Below, in pieces: positions 11,696 through 23,866 of a DNA stretch of 64,000 bases. The position numbers and the translations under genes are program-made. The DNA is from Escherichia coli (GTDB lineage: Bacteria; Pseudomonadota; Gammaproteobacteria; Enterobacterales; Enterobacteriaceae), in NCBI RefSeq assembly GCF_003334335.1, contig NZ_QOWQ01000011.1. One strand, written 5' to 3'. Below the pieces are notes generated by a model. It was not told where the DNA came from. It was given only the letters and a program-made list of their open reading frames with translations, and did not search any database. The first letter of the stretch is position 1. Every line of letters begins with the position of its first letter.

Positions 11696-12811
11696 ATGCA
11701 TCGACAATCCTTTTTCCTTGTGCCCCTTATTTGTCTTTCTTCCGCTCTCTGGGCGGCTCCTGCAACGGTAAATGTCGAAGTACTGCAAGACAAACTCGAC
11801 CATCCCTGGGCACTGGCCTTTTTACCCGATAATCACGGTATGTTAATCACTCTGCGCGGCGGCGAGTTGCGTCACTGGCAAGCAGGAAAAGGATTATCTG
11901 CGCCGCTTTCCGGAGTTCCGGACGTTTGGGCGCACGGGCAGGGCGGCCTGCTGGACGTGGTTTTAGCGCCTGATTTTGCTCAGTCTCGCCGCATCTGGTT
12001 AAGTTATTCCGAAGTTGGCGATGATGGCAAAGCCGGAACTGCTGTGGGTTATGGCCGCTTAAGTGATGATCTCTCAAAAGTGACCGACTTCCGCACCGTC
12101 TTTCGCCAGATGCCAAAACTGTCTACCGGCAACCATTTTGGCGGGCGGCTGGTATTCGACGGTAAAGGTTATCTTTTTATTGCTCTGGGCGAAAACAATC
12201 AGCGCCCGACGGCGCAGGATCTGGATAAATTACAGGGCAAACTGGTGCGTCTGACCGACCAGGGCGAAATCCCGGATGATAATCCTTTTATAAAGGAATC
12301 CGGTGCGCGCGCCGAGATCTGGTCTTATGGCATTCGTAATCCGCAAGGAATGGCGATGAATCCGTGGAGTAATGCACTGTGGCTGAATGAACATGGCCCG
12401 CGCGGTGGTGATGAAATTAATATCCCGCAAAAAGGCAAAAACTACGGCTGGCCGCTGGCAACCTGGGGAATCAACTATTCAGGCTTTAAGATACCGGAAG
12501 CGAAAGGGGAGATCGTCGCCGGGACCGAGCAACCTGTTTTTTACTGGAAAGATTCGCCCGCTGTGAGCGGCATGGCCTTCTATAACAGCGATAAATTCCC
12601 CCAGTGGCAGCAAAAATTATTTATTGGCGCGCTGAAAGATAAAGATGTCATTGTGATGAGCGTCAACGGCGACAAAGTGACAGAAGATGGCCGTATTTTA
12701 ACGGACAGAGGGCAGCGAATTCGTGATGTTCGCACTGGACCCGACGGTTATTTATACGTTCTCACCGACGAGTCCAGTGGGGAATTACTTAAAGTTAGCC
12801 CACGCAATTAG
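11696..12811 (+). CDS. yliI: Soluble aldose sugar dehydrogenase (PQQ-dependent, periplasmic)
   Basis: 371-aa ORF with N-terminal signal peptide; recognised as K-12 YliI. Confidence 0.92.
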
Positions 12812-13434
12812 CTAACGGGAATCATCACCACTTTGCGCACTGCGGGGCGTTCAGTGAGTTGCTGATACCAGCGTTGCAGATTTGGACGCGGTGTCCAGGT
12901 CAGGCCAACGTTAAACAAATTGTAGATGAACGGTGCGATAGCGATATCGCCCACACCAAACTCGTCGCCAGAGAACCATTTTACTTTTGCCAGTTCCGCA
13001 TCGAGCAGGGCAAACAGGGCGTCGCACTCTTTGCAACTGGCATCAATGGCGGCCTGATCGCGCTCTTCCGGTGGTGTTCTGACTAATCCCATCAGGATCC
13101 CGCGATGAGCATTACTGAGCGTCTGGTTTGCCCAGTCCATCCATTTTTCCGCTTCCGCACGACGTGCCGGTGAGTCGATCCACAGGCGTTTTTGCCCGTA
13201 CTGTGCCGCCAGATAGCGGACAATGGCGTTTGATTCCCAAAGAATGAGATCACTTTCGTCGTCACGCAACAACGGCACCAGCCCGTTAGGGTTCATCGCC
13301 AGAAAATCAGCATCGTGATTTATCCCAAACTCACGGCCCGCGAGAATTTGCTCATAAGGTAGTTCCAGTTCTTCGAGCGTCAGCAATACTTTTTTTACGT
13401 TAGTTGAATTATTCCGACCCCACAGCGTAATCAT
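12808..13434 (-). CDS. gstB: Glutathione S-transferase
   Basis: 208-aa product from ATG 13434 ([15 protein letters not shown]...); stop codon overlaps the yliI stop in a shared TTAG. Confidence 0.9.
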
Positions 13435-13680
13435 ACTCACCCCTTTTCCGACAGGCAGCCACAGGCTGAACAGGACTCCGATGGTGAAGTAAAGTTAACT
13501 TTTAAGCAACAGCTGGCAAAAAAATGACACCAGAAGCAGCGAAGCGGCAGGATATTGCATAAACTTTAAAAACTTTACCAACTTACGGTTTCTTTAAGTT
13601 TGTGTGTGCGTTATTAATCACCAAACTTATCATACGGCGATATAACGTATTTTTTTTGAATGGATACTCGGGTGGCATTT

Positions 13681-14883
13681 ATGACGCAATACTCCTCTCT
13701 CCTTCGTGGTCTTGCAGCGGGTTCTGCATTTTTATTCCTTTTTGCCCCAACGGCATTCGCGGCGGAACAAACCGTTGAAGCGCCGAGCGTGGATGCGCGT
13801 GCATGGATTTTAATGGATTACGCCAGCGGTAAAGTGCTGGCAGAAGGCAATGCGGATGAGAAACTGGATCCCGCGAGCCTGACTAAAATCATGACCAGCT
13901 ATGTGGTTGGGCAGGCGCTTAAGGCCGATAAGATTAAACTCACCGATATGGTGACGGTCGGTAAAGATGCCTGGGCGACGGGAAATCCGGCACTGCGTGG
14001 TTCATCGGTAATGTTCCTCAAACCGGGCGATCAGGTTTCGGTGGCAGACTTGAACAAAGGTGTGATTATCCAGTCCGGTAATGACGCCTGTATTGCGCTG
14101 GCTGATTACGTTGCCGGGAGCCAGGAGTCATTTATTGGTCTGATGAATGGTTATGCCAAAAAACTGGGTCTGACCAACACTACCTTCCAGACGGTGCACG
14201 GCCTGGATGCGCCGGGGCAGTTCAGCACCGCGCGCGATATGGCATTGCTGGGTAAAGCATTGATCCACGATGTGCCGGAAGAGTACGCCATTCATAAAGA
14301 GAAAGAGTTCACCTTCAACAAAATTCGTCAGCCTAACCGTAACCGTCTGCTGTGGAGCAGCAATCTGAATGTTGATGGCATGAAGACAGGAACCACGGCA
14401 GGCGCGGGATATAATCTGGTTGCTTCGGCTACCCAGGGCGATATGCGTTTAATCTCCGTAGTGTTGGGGGCGAAAACCGACCGTATCCGTTTTAATGAGT
14501 CTGAGAAATTATTGACCTGGGGTTTCCGCTTCTTTGAAACCGTGACGCCAATTAAACCTGATGCCACCTTTGTGACTCAGCGCGTCTGGTTTGGTGATAA
14601 GAGCGAAGTGAATCTCGGGGCAGGTGAAGCGGGCTCAGTGACCATACCGCGTGGGCAGCTGAAAAACCTGAAAGCGAGTTATACGTTAACGGAACCGCAG
14701 CTTACCGCACCGCTGAAAAAAGGTCAGGTTGTCGGGACCATTGATTTCCAGCTTAACGGTAAATCCATTGAGCAGCGTCCGCTGATCGTGATGGAAAATG
14801 TGGAAGAGGGCGGATTCTTTGGTCGGGTGTGGGATTTCGTGATGATGAAATTCCATCAGTGGTTCGGCAGCTGGTTCTCTTAA
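13681..14883 (+). CDS. dacC: D-alanyl-D-alanine carboxypeptidase PBP6
   Basis: 400-aa product from ATG 13681 ([14 protein letters not shown]...); SxxK active site (SLTKIMT) and SGN motif. Confidence 0.92.
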   Translation: MTQYSSLLRGLAAGSAFLFLFAPTAFAAEQTVEAPSVDARAWILMDYASGKVLAEGNADEKLDPASLTKIMTSYVVGQALKADKIKLTDMVTVGKDAWATGNPALRGSSVMFLKPGDQVSVADLNKGVIIQSGNDACIALADYVAGSQESFIGLMNGYAKKLGLTNTTFQTVHGLDAPGQFSTARDMALLGKALIHDVPEEYAIHKEKEFTFNKIRQPNRNRLLWSSNLNVDGMKTGTTAGAGYNLVASATQGDMRLISVVLGAKTDRIRFNESEKLLTWGFRFFETVTPIKPDATFVTQRVWFGDKSEVNLGAGEAGSVTIPRGQLKNLKASYTLTEPQLTAPLKKGQVVGTIDFQLNGKSIEQRPLIVMENVEEGGFFGRVWDFVMMKFHQWFGSWFS

Positions 14884-14890
14884 TCTTCTG

Positions 14891-14923
14891 ATAACCGGAT
14901 GGCGCGAAACGTCATCCGGTTAT
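14891..14923. terminator. Hairpin between convergent dacC and deoR
   Basis: Inverted repeat taaccggatg (14892..14901) / catccggtta (14913..14922) in the 46-bp gap. Confidence 0.55.
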
Positions 14924-14929
14924 ACGTCA

Positions 14930-15688
14930 TTAATACATCAACTTAATGCGCTGCGTCTGCGCGTACTTCACATACTCATCTTCCGGGCAACAATCGCTCA
15001 CCACAATATCAAAGCGTTTCAGGTCACCCATGCGCGCCGGACGCACCTTGCCAAATTTACTGTGGTCGACAACCAGCACATGCTTTTGCGCCATCGACAT
15101 GGCCCAGTGTTTTACCGGCAACTCTTCAAGATTAAAACAGGTAGCGCCTTTACTGACATGCACGCCCGCCGCAGAATAAAAAGCGATATCCGGGCAAAAA
15201 TTATTCAGCGTTTGCTGAAAATCGATGGGTTTGAAAATGGCGTTGCTGGCGTGAAATTCACCACCGCAAAGAAACGCGCGGCAATGGGGTTTCTCTTTCA
15301 GCGCCAGAAAGGTATTTAGCGAATAACAAACGGCGGTAAAAGGGATTTCATTATCAATCGCTTCAATAATCCACGGCGTGGTGGTGCCACAGTCAAAAAA
15401 GAGGGTCTGATCGGGTTCTACCAGCGTCGCAGCCAGTTTTGCCGCCCGGCGTTTTTCTTCCACCAGGCGGGATTTTTGATCGCTTAACAGGTAATGGCTG
15501 GCACTGCGCGGTTCCAGAACAATATAGCCGCCGAGCAAAACGACGGGCGCACTGTGGTTGTTCAGATCGCGACGAATCGTCATCTCCGAAACCCCAAGCA
15601 GGGCGGCGGCGTCTTTAAGATGTAACTTATCGCTGCGTTTTAATTCTTGCAGCAGCTGCCCGATACGCTCTTCGCGACGTGTTTCCAT
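14930..15688 (-). CDS. deoR: Deoxyribose operon repressor (DeoR family, HTH)
   Basis: 252-aa ORF, N-terminus METRREERIGQLLQELKRSDKLHLKDAAALLGVSEMTIRRDL. Confidence 0.93.
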   Translation of the reverse strand: METRREERIGQLLQELKRSDKLHLKDAAALLGVSEMTIRRDLNNHSAPVVLLGGYIVLEPRSASHYLLSDQKSRLVEEKRRAAKLAATLVEPDQTLFFDCGTTTPWIIEAIDNEIPFTAVCYSLNTFLALKEKPHCRAFLCGGEFHASNAIFKPIDFQQTLNNFCPDIAFYSAAGVHVSKGATCFNLEELPVKHWAMSMAQKHVLVVDHSKFGKVRPARMGDLKRFDIVVSDCCPEDEYVKYAQTQRIKLMY

Positions 15689-15745
15689 AATCCCTCTGAA
15701 TAGTTATTGAAGCGAGCCGCTCAATACTACACTTTTTAGCAGAGA

Positions 15746-16342
15746 TCAGTCACGCACCCAGCCTTTGCGGATCGGTAATGCAAAACAGACGCGATACCAC
15801 GATTGCAGACGTTGATAGAGTTTATGCCCCATCGCTTGCCAGATAATCTGGGCACTAAGGCAGCCAATCATACCTGCCAGCAATCCACCGAGCATATCCA
15901 GCGGCCAGTGGACGCCAAGATAAACGCGCGACCAGGCAATGACGACGGCCAGCACCATTAAAAGTGAGCCGGACCACAGGCGATGCCAGCATAAAAATGC
16001 CAGTGCAAAGGTGAAAATCACCGTACCGTGATCGCTTGGGAATGAGTCATCCGCCGCATGATGCAGGAAGTTATAGCCGATATTTTCGACAAAGGGTCGG
16101 TCGTGCGGAAAAAGATGTCCCATCGTCCAGGACACAAACAGGCTGACCGCCAGCGCGATAGCGATTTTTATCACCAGTTGCCGTTGTGCTGTAAGCCCCC
16201 ACAACCAAAGTACCACGGCCAGCAACGGCACCACGGTAATCAAATCTTTAGCAATAAAAATCGCCAACGAGATCATCCACGGAGCCGAGTCTGGCGTCGC
16301 GTTAATAAGAGAGAATAGAGAGAGATTCAAATTTTCCAGCAT
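15746..16342 (-). CDS. ybjG: Undecaprenyl-pyrophosphate phosphatase (PAP2 family)
   Basis: 198-aa product from ATG 16342 (MLENLNLSLFSL...); PAP2 motifs (PSDH, SRVYLGVHWPLD). Confidence 0.9.
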   Translation of the reverse strand: MLENLNLSLFSLINATPDSAPWMISLAIFIAKDLITVVPLLAVVLWLWGLTAQRQLVIKIAIALAVSLFVSWTMGHLFPHDRPFVENIGYNFLHHAADDSFPSDHGTVIFTFALAFLCWHRLWSGSLLMVLAVVIAWSRVYLGVHWPLDMLGGLLAGMIGCLSAQIIWQAMGHKLYQRLQSWYRVCFALPIRKGWVRD

Positions 16343-16626
16343 AACTTCCCGACGCAAAGTGATTAAAAGGGAGCCAATACAGGCAAGTCGTTGAGAATAA
16401 AGTGCAGGTTAAACTGGGTAAAGCGGCATCGTCTTATTTCCCTCAAGCGGCCTGTTTACGGTGGGTGATTGTAACGGGCATAGGTTAAATAAAACTTAAA
16501 GAAAGCGTAGCTATACTCGTAATAATGTAAGAATGTGCTTAACCGTGGTTTCAGCTACAAAATTCGCTTTCTCGTTAGCTGCGCTTTTATTAAACTCTGC
16601 GCGATTATTATTGGCGAAGAAATTGC

Positions 16627-17859
16627 ATGCAAAATAAATTAGCTTCCGGTGCCAGGCTTGGACGTCAGGCGTTACTTTTCCCTCTCTGTCTGGTGCTTTA
16701 CGAATTTTCAACCTATATCGGCAACGATATGATTCAACCCGGTATGTTGGCCGTGGTGGAACAATATCAGGCGGGCATTGATTGGGTTCCTACTTCGATG
16801 ACCGCGTATCTGGCGGGCGGGATGTTTTTACAATGGCTGCTGGGGCCGCTGTCGGATCGTATTGGTCGCCGTCCGGTGATGCTGGCGGGAGTGGTGTGGT
16901 TTATCGTCACCTGTCTGGCAATATTGCTGGCGCAAAACATTGAACAATTCACCCTGTTGCGCTTCTTGCAGGGCATAAGCCTCTGTTTCATTGGCGCTGT
17001 GGGATACGCCGCAATTCAGGAATCCTTCGAAGAGGCGGTTTGTATCAAGATCACCGCGCTGATGGCGAACGTGGCGCTGATTGCTCCGCTACTTGGTCCG
17101 CTGGTGGGCGCGGCGTGGATCCATGTGCTGCCCTGGGAGGGGATGTTTGTTTTGTTTGCCGCATTGGCAGCGATCTCCTTTTTCGGTCTGCAACGAGCCA
17201 TGCCTGAAACCGCCACGCGTATAGGCGAGAAACTGTCACTGAAAGAACTCGGTCGTGACTATAAGCTGGTGCTGAAGAACGGCCGCTTTGTGGCGGGGGC
17301 GCTGGCGCTGGGATTCGTTAGTCTGCCGTTGCTGGCGTGGATCGCCCAGTCGCCGATTATCATCATTACCGGCGAGCAGTTGAGCAGCTATGAATATGGC
17401 TTGCTGCAAGTGCCTATTTTCGGGGCGTTAATTGCGGGTAACTTGCTGTTAGCGCGTCTGACCTCGCGCCGCACCGTACGTTCGCTGATTATTATGGGCG
17501 GCTGGCCGATTATGATTGGTCTATTGGTCGCTGCTGCGGCAACGGTTATCTCATCGCACGCGTATTTATGGATGACTGCCGGGTTAAGTATTTATGCTTT
17601 CGGTATTGGTCTGGCGAATGCGGGACTGGTGCGATTAACCCTGTTTGCCAGCGATATGAGTAAAGGTACGGTTTCTGCCGCGATGGGAATGCTGCAAATG
17701 CTGATCTTTACCGTTGGTATTGAAATCAGCAAACATGCCTGGCTGAACGGGGGCAACGGACTGTTTAATCTCTTCAACCTTGTCAACGGAATTTTGTGGC
17801 TGTCGCTGATGGTTATCTTTTTAAAAGATAAACAGATGGGAAATTCTCACGAAGGGTAA
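16627..17859 (+). CDS. mdfA: Multidrug efflux MFS transporter
   Basis: 410-aa ORF, 12-TM MFS profile, N-terminus [27 protein letters not shown]. Confidence 0.95.
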
Positions 17860-17862
17860 AAA

Positions 17863-17893
17863 AATGCCTGACTGCTTTGTGCGATCAGGCATT
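17863..17893. terminator. Hairpin between convergent mdfA and ybjH
   Basis: Inverted repeat aatgcctga / tcaggcatt flanked by an A-run and T-rich sequence. Confidence 0.55.
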
Positions 17894-17899
17894 CTCGAA

Positions 17900-18184
17900 T
17901 TAATGGTGATGGTCGTCAATCTGGTGTTCGATAACCATCCCTTCACCTACGCTGGCAAGATGGCGAACATAAGGATGCGGGCGGTAAGCCGGAGCTGGCG
18001 AAGGAGCCACATAGACGGTTTGCGGCACAGTCGCGACGCTGACCGCTTGTGGAACGCTGACTGAATCAGGAACCACAACCACTTTGTATCCACTCGGCAC
18101 ATCGACGGTGACACTTTGCGCCATCGCCACACCAGTAAAGCCCATTAAAAGCGCGCCCAACAGTAGACAATTTTTCATAATCAT
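17900..18184 (-). CDS. ybjH: Small secreted protein of unknown function
   Basis: 94-aa ORF with signal peptide (MIMKNCLLLGALLMGFTGVAMA) and C-terminal HHH. Confidence 0.85.
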   Translation of the reverse strand: MIMKNCLLLGALLMGFTGVAMAQSVTVDVPSGYKVVVVPDSVSVPQAVSVATVPQTVYVAPSPAPAYRPHPYVRHLASVGEGMVIEHQIDDHHH

Positions 18185-18269
18185 TTCGCCTGAAATAATG
18201 CAGCGGGTTAATTTCCGCGAATTATGCAGCCTTCATTCAGGCATTGTGTTGCCGGGCGTGCTGCCGGTT

Positions 18270-19085
18270 TTATTGGTCAAATGGCGCTTCGTGTTTAAGA
18301 ACTTTATCGATCACATCCAGTACGCCTTCACGGTTATTGGAGCCTGCGCGGTATTTTGCCGCTGCGACGACCGCGCTACCGGCATTTTCCATTGCAAAAC
18401 TAAAGCCTGCCTGACGCAGCATCTCAATATCGTTACCGCCATCGCCAAAGACCACCACTTCGCTGTCGTCTATTCCCCATAATTTCTGCAGTTGGCGAAG
18501 GCCATTGGCTTTATGTACGCCGGGGATAATCAGATCGATGCTGCCGTTGCCGGTGTGGACCGACACCATAATATCGCCGATGGCCTCATGTAATGCTTTT
18601 TGTACTTGTGGAATCAGTTCATCGGAAAGATTCAGGCCAAACTTAAAGAAGATATCCTCTAAGTTGTCAAAGTTATCGACGTATTCCAGACGGTGATAAT
18701 ACATTTCCGCCACCGTTTTCATGGCATCGTCATATTTTTTGAGTGTATAGGCACTATTTTTTCCGCAGGCAATAATTTCCACTTCCGGGCGCGTCAGCAA
18801 ATGTTCCACGACAGTAGCAAACGCATCCTTCGATAGCTCGCCATTAAAAACATCTTTGCCTTCGCTCACTACCCAGCCGCCGTTTTCAGCCACAAAGGCA
18901 ATTTCATTAGCAATTTCAGGGAAGAAAGAGATCAACTGATAATATTGATTCCCGCTGGCGACTACAAAGCGAATTCCTTGTGCTTTCATTTGCTGATACT
19001 GAGCCATAAACCGCTCACGGTTATAGGTTTTTTGATCGCTTAAGAAAGTACCATCCATGTCTACCGCAATTAATTTAATGCTCAT
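18270..19085 (-). CDS. ybjI: HAD-superfamily sugar/FMN phosphatase (Cof-like)
   Basis: 271-aa product from ATG 19083..19085; HAD motif I DMDGT; start overlaps the ybjJ stop by 1 nt. Confidence 0.9.
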   Translation of the reverse strand: MSIKLIAVDMDGTFLSDQKTYNRERFMAQYQQMKAQGIRFVVASGNQYYQLISFFPEIANEIAFVAENGGWVVSEGKDVFNGELSKDAFATVVEHLLTRPEVEIIACGKNSAYTLKKYDDAMKTVAEMYYHRLEYVDNFDNLEDIFFKFGLNLSDELIPQVQKALHEAIGDIMVSVHTGNGSIDLIIPGVHKANGLRQLQKLWGIDDSEVVVFGDGGNDIEMLRQAGFSFAMENAGSAVVAAAKYRAGSNNREGVLDVIDKVLKHEAPFDQ

Positions 19086-20293
19086 CAACTATTCTCCATC
19101 GCCGTCTGCGTTTTGGTATCGGGTTTGGCGACGGCTTTCGCGACAATAGCCGCGAGAATAACCAGCGCCAGTACAACCAGCATTGCACTACGTAATCCAT
19201 AATGTTCGCCGAGATAGCCCAGCAGCGGCGGCCCGACGAGGAAAGCCAGATAACCGGTCGTTGCTACCACACTGACGCGGGTTGGTGCATCGGGGCCGGT
19301 ATCGCTGGCGGCAGAAATGGTCAGCGGGAAGCCCAGCGAGGCACCCAGTCCCCAGAGTACAACAGACACCCCAGCGACCCAGGCGCTATCGACAAAAATA
19401 ATCAGCCCAATACCCAACGCCCCCATTAGTGCACTGGCCCGAACCACGGCAACGCGACTGTAACGGTCGATGAACCAACCGCCGGTGAAGCGTCCAACGG
19501 TCATCCCCAGGGTAAAACCGGCATAAATCAGCGAGCCGGAAGTAGGGCTAAAACCGTGACCGTCAACCATTAATAAGGGTAACCAGTCGTTGGCAGAACC
19601 TTCGGCAAAGGCCATCGCCAGCACCACAACACCTATCAGCAGCAACTGGATATCGCGATAAAAAGGTACGCCTTTTTCGCCATGCTGGGTGCCATCGGCA
19701 GCATTTTTGCCCGTACCGTCAGGGATTGCCTGAATGGCGATATAAATAGGTGCGATACCTACCAGCGCCGCCAATAAAATGTGCACCGTTGCCGGAACGC
19801 CAAAGGCCGTCAGTGCCATCCCGACACCTGCGCCTGCCAGCGTGCCCAGGCTATAAAAACCGTGCATCATCGGCAAAACCGTCTTATTCATTTCTCGCTC
19901 AACGGCAGCACCTTCAACGTTTATCGCCACTTCCGCAGAACCAAAACTTGCCCCAAAGACGCCGAGACCAACGGCAAAGAGCAGGGGCGATGTCAGCCAG
20001 AGTGCCAGACTTAATATCATCATCCCGATCAATGCGCAGGACATCGTGACCAGGATGACATTACGTGTCCCAAAGCGTTTCACTAACCACGCCGAGCAGA
20101 GAATACCGCTCATCGAACCGATCGACAGACCAAAGAGAACACCGCCCATTTCAGCGATCGAGACAGAGAGAATATCGCGGATAGCAGGCGTACGGGTTGC
20201 CCAGGACGCCATTAACAGGCCTGGCAAAAAGAAGAACATAAACAGCGCCCAGGTTCGGCGTTTCAATGCATTACGTGAAGAATTTACGGTCAT
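19085..20293 (-). CDS. ybjJ: MFS-family inner membrane transporter
   Basis: 402-aa hydrophobic ORF; recognised as K-12 YbjJ. Confidence 0.9.
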
Positions 20294-20376
20294 AGATCAC
20301 GTCAAAATAAGAAGAGGGAAGACAACATTAGCAAGGTTGTGTACATTTGTACACAATTGCAGAGAGAGGAAATGAC

Positions 20377-20913
20377 ATGCGTCGCGCTAACGATCCGCAA
20401 CGGCGAGAAAAAATTATCCAGGCCACGCTGGAGGCGGTGAAACTTTACGGAATACATGCTGTTACGCACCGCAAAATTGCTACCCTTGCCGGGGTACCGT
20501 TGGGATCGATGACCTACTATTTTTCAGGAATTGATGAGTTGTTACTGGAGGCGTTCAGCAGTTTTACTGAGATCATGTCCCGGCAATATCAGGCATTTTT
20601 TAGCGATGTTAGTGATGCTCCGGGCGCATGCCAGGCTATCACCGATATGATCTACAGCTCACAGGTTGCAACGCCGGATAACATGGAGCTGATGTACCAG
20701 CTCTACGCGCTGGCTAGCCGAAAACCGCTATTAAAAACGGTAATGCAAAACTGGATGCAGCGCAGTCAGCAAACGCTCGAACAATGGTTTGAACCCGGAA
20801 CCGCCCGCGCGCTTGATGCGTTTATTGAGGGGATGACGCTGCATTTTGTCACCGACCGTAAGCCGCTATCGCGCGAGGAGATTTTGAGGATGGTTGAGAG
20901 GGTTGCAGGGTAG
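20377..20913 (+). CDS. rcdA: TetR-family transcriptional regulator (regulator of csgD)
   Basis: 178-aa product from ATG 20377 ([21 protein letters not shown]...), GAGAGAGGA Shine-Dalgarno upstream; TetR HTH at the N-terminus. Confidence 0.9.
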
Positions 20914-20932
20914 TAGATAAGTTTTAGATAAC

Positions 20933-21011
20933 AAAAAACCCATCAACCTTGAACCGAAATGGCGGGGTTGATGGGCTCCACAAAATGGGGACATCAAAGA
21001 AAAGCAGTGGC
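20933..21011 (-). ncRNA. rybB: RybB small RNA (sigma-E dependent, represses outer membrane protein mRNAs)
   Basis: The minus strand of 20933..21011 reads GCCACTGCTTTTCTTTGATGTCCCCATTTTGTGGAGCCCATCAACCCCGCCATTTCGGTTCAAGGTTGATGGGTTTTTT, which I recognise as RybB; ends in a GC hairpin plus U-run. Confidence 0.9.
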
Positions 21012-21013
21012 AC

Positions 21014-21046
21014 TAATTAAGACTGATGCCCTGCGGAAAAGTTCTG
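21014..21046 (-). promoter_or_regulatory. Putative sigma-E promoter of rybB
   Basis: On the minus strand GAACTT (-35 like, 21039..21044), about 16 nt spacer, TCTTAA (-10 like, 21017..22), a few nt before the RybB 5' G. Confidence 0.5.
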
Positions 21047-21087
21047 CGGTTGTGCAAAAAAATTTCATTTTCAGGGCAACTTCAGTT

Positions 21088-22773
21088 TTATCCTAATCCT
21101 GGCCATACCATGACGATGATTGTCCCTGCCAGCGTCAGCAGGACGTTGGCGATTGCATAGGTGCCCGCATAGCCCAGCGCCGGGATGTTACTGCGAGCTG
21201 TATCACTGATGATCTCCATTGCCGGCGCGCAGGTACGTGCGCCCATCATTGCGCCGAACAACAGCGCGCGGTTCATTCGCAATACATAAGCACCGAACAA
21301 GAAACAGATAACCACGGGCACCAGACTGACAATCAATCCGGCAATCAACATCTGACCGCCAATCGCGCCCAGGCCGTTATTAATACCGCTACCGGCGCTC
21401 AGACCAACGCCTGCCATAAACACCATCAAGCCGAACTCTTTCACCATGCTTAATGCACCCTGCGGAATGTAACCGAAGGTCGGGTGGTTAGCACGCATAA
21501 AGCCCAGCATAATTCCGGCGAATAACAACCCGGCAGCGTTCCCCATGCCGAAACTGAATGTGCTGAACTGGAAGGTGATCATCCCGATCATCAGCCCAAT
21601 AACAAAGAAGGCGCAGAATGCCAGCAGGTCAGTGACCTGGCTGTGAATCGAGATAAAGCCGATGCGATCGGCGATGGTTTTTACGCGGCGGGCATCGCCG
21701 CTGACTTGTAAAACGTCACCTTTGTTAAGCACGACGTTGTCATCTATCGGCATCTCAATCTGGCTACGAATGACGCGGTTAAGGAAGCAACCGTGATCGG
21801 TCAACTTCAGTTGTGCGAGACGTTTACCTACAGCGTTATGGTTTTTAACGACCACTTCTTCAGTGACGATACGCATGTCGAGAAGGTCACGATCGAAAAC
21901 TTCTTTACCGTTACGGAAGCTGGGATCGAGTCGGGCATGGGCGTCGGGATAGCCTACCAACGCTATTTCATCGCCCATTTGTAGCACGGCATCACCGTCT
22001 GGATTTGCCAGAATCCCGTTACGTCGAATACGTTCAATGTAGCAGCCGGTTTGTCGATAAATACCCAGTTCACGCAGATTTTTGCCGTCGGTCCAGGCCA
22101 CCAGTTCCGGGCCGACGCGATAGGCGCGGATCACCGGTAAATAAACCTTACGGTTGGCATCAGTGTCCAGGCCACGTTCGCGGGCGATTTGCTGGGCGCT
22201 GGTCTGTAAGTCCTGATGCTGCAATTTCGGCAAGTAACGCGCACCAACAATCAAACTCACCAGACCGATTAAATAGGTTAAGGCATACCCGAGGCTCAGA
22301 TTATCCAGTGCCAGTGAGAGCTGCCTGCTTTCCATGCCGGAATGACGCAGTGTATCGCCAGCACCGACCAGAACCGGTGTCGACGTCATAGAGCCTGCTA
22401 ACATACCGGCCGTCAGGCCAATATCCCAGCCAAACAGCTTACCTAACCCTAAGGCGATCACCAGCGCACTGCCAACCATCACCAGTGCTAACATTAGGTA
22501 ATTTTTCCCATCGCGAAAAAAAATGGAAAAAAAGTTCGGTCCGGCTTCGACCCCGACGCAGAAAATAAACAGCATAAAGCCAAGATTAAGCGCATCGGTG
22601 TTAATGCTGAAATGTTGTTGGCCTAATAACAGCGATACGACTAAAACGCCAATGGAATTACCCAGTTGGATCGAACCAAGTCGTAACTTTCCGAGACATA
22701 GCCCAAGCGCGAGGACCACAAATAATAACAGAATGTAATTCCCATTTAACAATTCGGCGACGTTTATATTCAC
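21088..22773 (-). CDS. ybjL: Putative transporter with duplicated membrane domains and central TrkA-C domains
   Basis: 561-aa ORF; recognised as K-12 YbjL. Confidence 0.92.
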
Positions 22774-23042
22774 GGAGGCTAACTTCTTGTTTACTAGTAA
22801 GCTGTTGAAAGAAATGGTAATTTACGATAATGTTTTTTACCAGAATTCAGGGCGCAGATTCATTCAGCGCACCTAAACGATAGTAAAGTAACAATATATT
22901 TTACTAGTGTAATCACATTAGGTATCAACGGCTATATGAATTGCGTTGGCCTATATTAGCATGGAATGCGAAGCGGCTTTATCTTACTGAACGCCACACT
23001 GGCGAAAAATGTGTTCGATAGACGCAGTGTCAGGAGGAACGA

Positions 23043-23420
23043 GTGAAACATAAACAACGTTGGGCGGGGGCAATCTGCTGTTTTGTCCTCTTCATTGTGG
23101 TGTGCCTTTTTCTGGCGACGCACATGAAAGGCGCTTTTCGGGCTGCCGGGCATCCTGAAATCGGCTTGCTATTTTTCATTCTTCCTGGAGCAGTCGCCAG
23201 CTTCTTTTCACAGCGTAGAGAAGTCCTGAAACCTCTGTTTGGCGCAATGCTGGCGGCACCCTGTTCGATGCTCATTATGCGGCTGTTTTTTTCACCGACG
23301 CGCTCATTCTGGCAAGAGCTGGCATGGTTACTAAGCGCGGTGTTCTGGTGTGCGCTGGGGGCACTGTGTTTCTTATTTATCAGTAGTTTGTTTAAACCAC
23401 AGCACAGAAAAAATCAGTAA
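23043..23420 (+). CDS. ybjM: Inner membrane protein of unknown function
   Basis: 125-aa ORF starting at GTG 23043 with GGAGGA upstream. Confidence 0.85.
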   Translation: MKHKQRWAGAICCFVLFIVVCLFLATHMKGAFRAAGHPEIGLLFFILPGAVASFFSQRREVLKPLFGAMLAAPCSMLIMRLFFSPTRSFWQELAWLLSAVFWCALGALCFLFISSLFKPQHRKNQ

Positions 23421-23441
23421 AGCCCTCAACGCGAGGGCTTG
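23421..23441. terminator. Hairpin between convergent ybjM and grxA
   Basis: aagccctc / gagggctt stem with a 5-nt loop in the 29-bp gap. Confidence 0.5.
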
Positions 23442-23449
23442 TCAGACGA

Positions 23450-23707
23450 TCAGGCGTCCAGATTTTCTTTCACCCATGCAGCAAAATCGGTATAGCCGCC
23501 GATATGTTGCTGATCGACAAAAATCTGCGGCACGGTTTCTACGGGTTTACCTGCCTTTTGTTGTAGATCTTCTTTAGTGATCCCTTCCGCACGAATATCT
23601 ACATACTGATACTGAAAATCATCGCGTTCATTGCTCAATTTCTCAGCCAGATCTTTTGCACGCACACAGTAAGGGCAACCCGAACGACCAAAAATAACGG
23701 TTTGCAT
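23450..23707 (-). CDS. grxA: Glutaredoxin 1
   Basis: 85-aa product from ATG 23707 (MQTVIFGRSGCPYCVRAKDLAEKL...) with the CPYC active site; GAGGAGAG Shine-Dalgarno. Confidence 0.93.
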   Translation of the reverse strand: MQTVIFGRSGCPYCVRAKDLAEKLSNERDDFQYQYVDIRAEGITKEDLQQKAGKPVETVPQIFVDQQHIGGYTDFAAWVKENLDA

Positions 23708-23866
23708 TATTTCTCTCCTCATAGATTTATGCCTGTAATGATCACGCTAAAATGTATTCGCTGAAAGTAGGTTTAACCTGTTGCATTAATTGCTAAAAGC
23801 TATAACTGTTAAACACAATACAGTGAAAAGTTTTAGACTGAAGGCTCACTTTGCAGAGGGAAGCGT

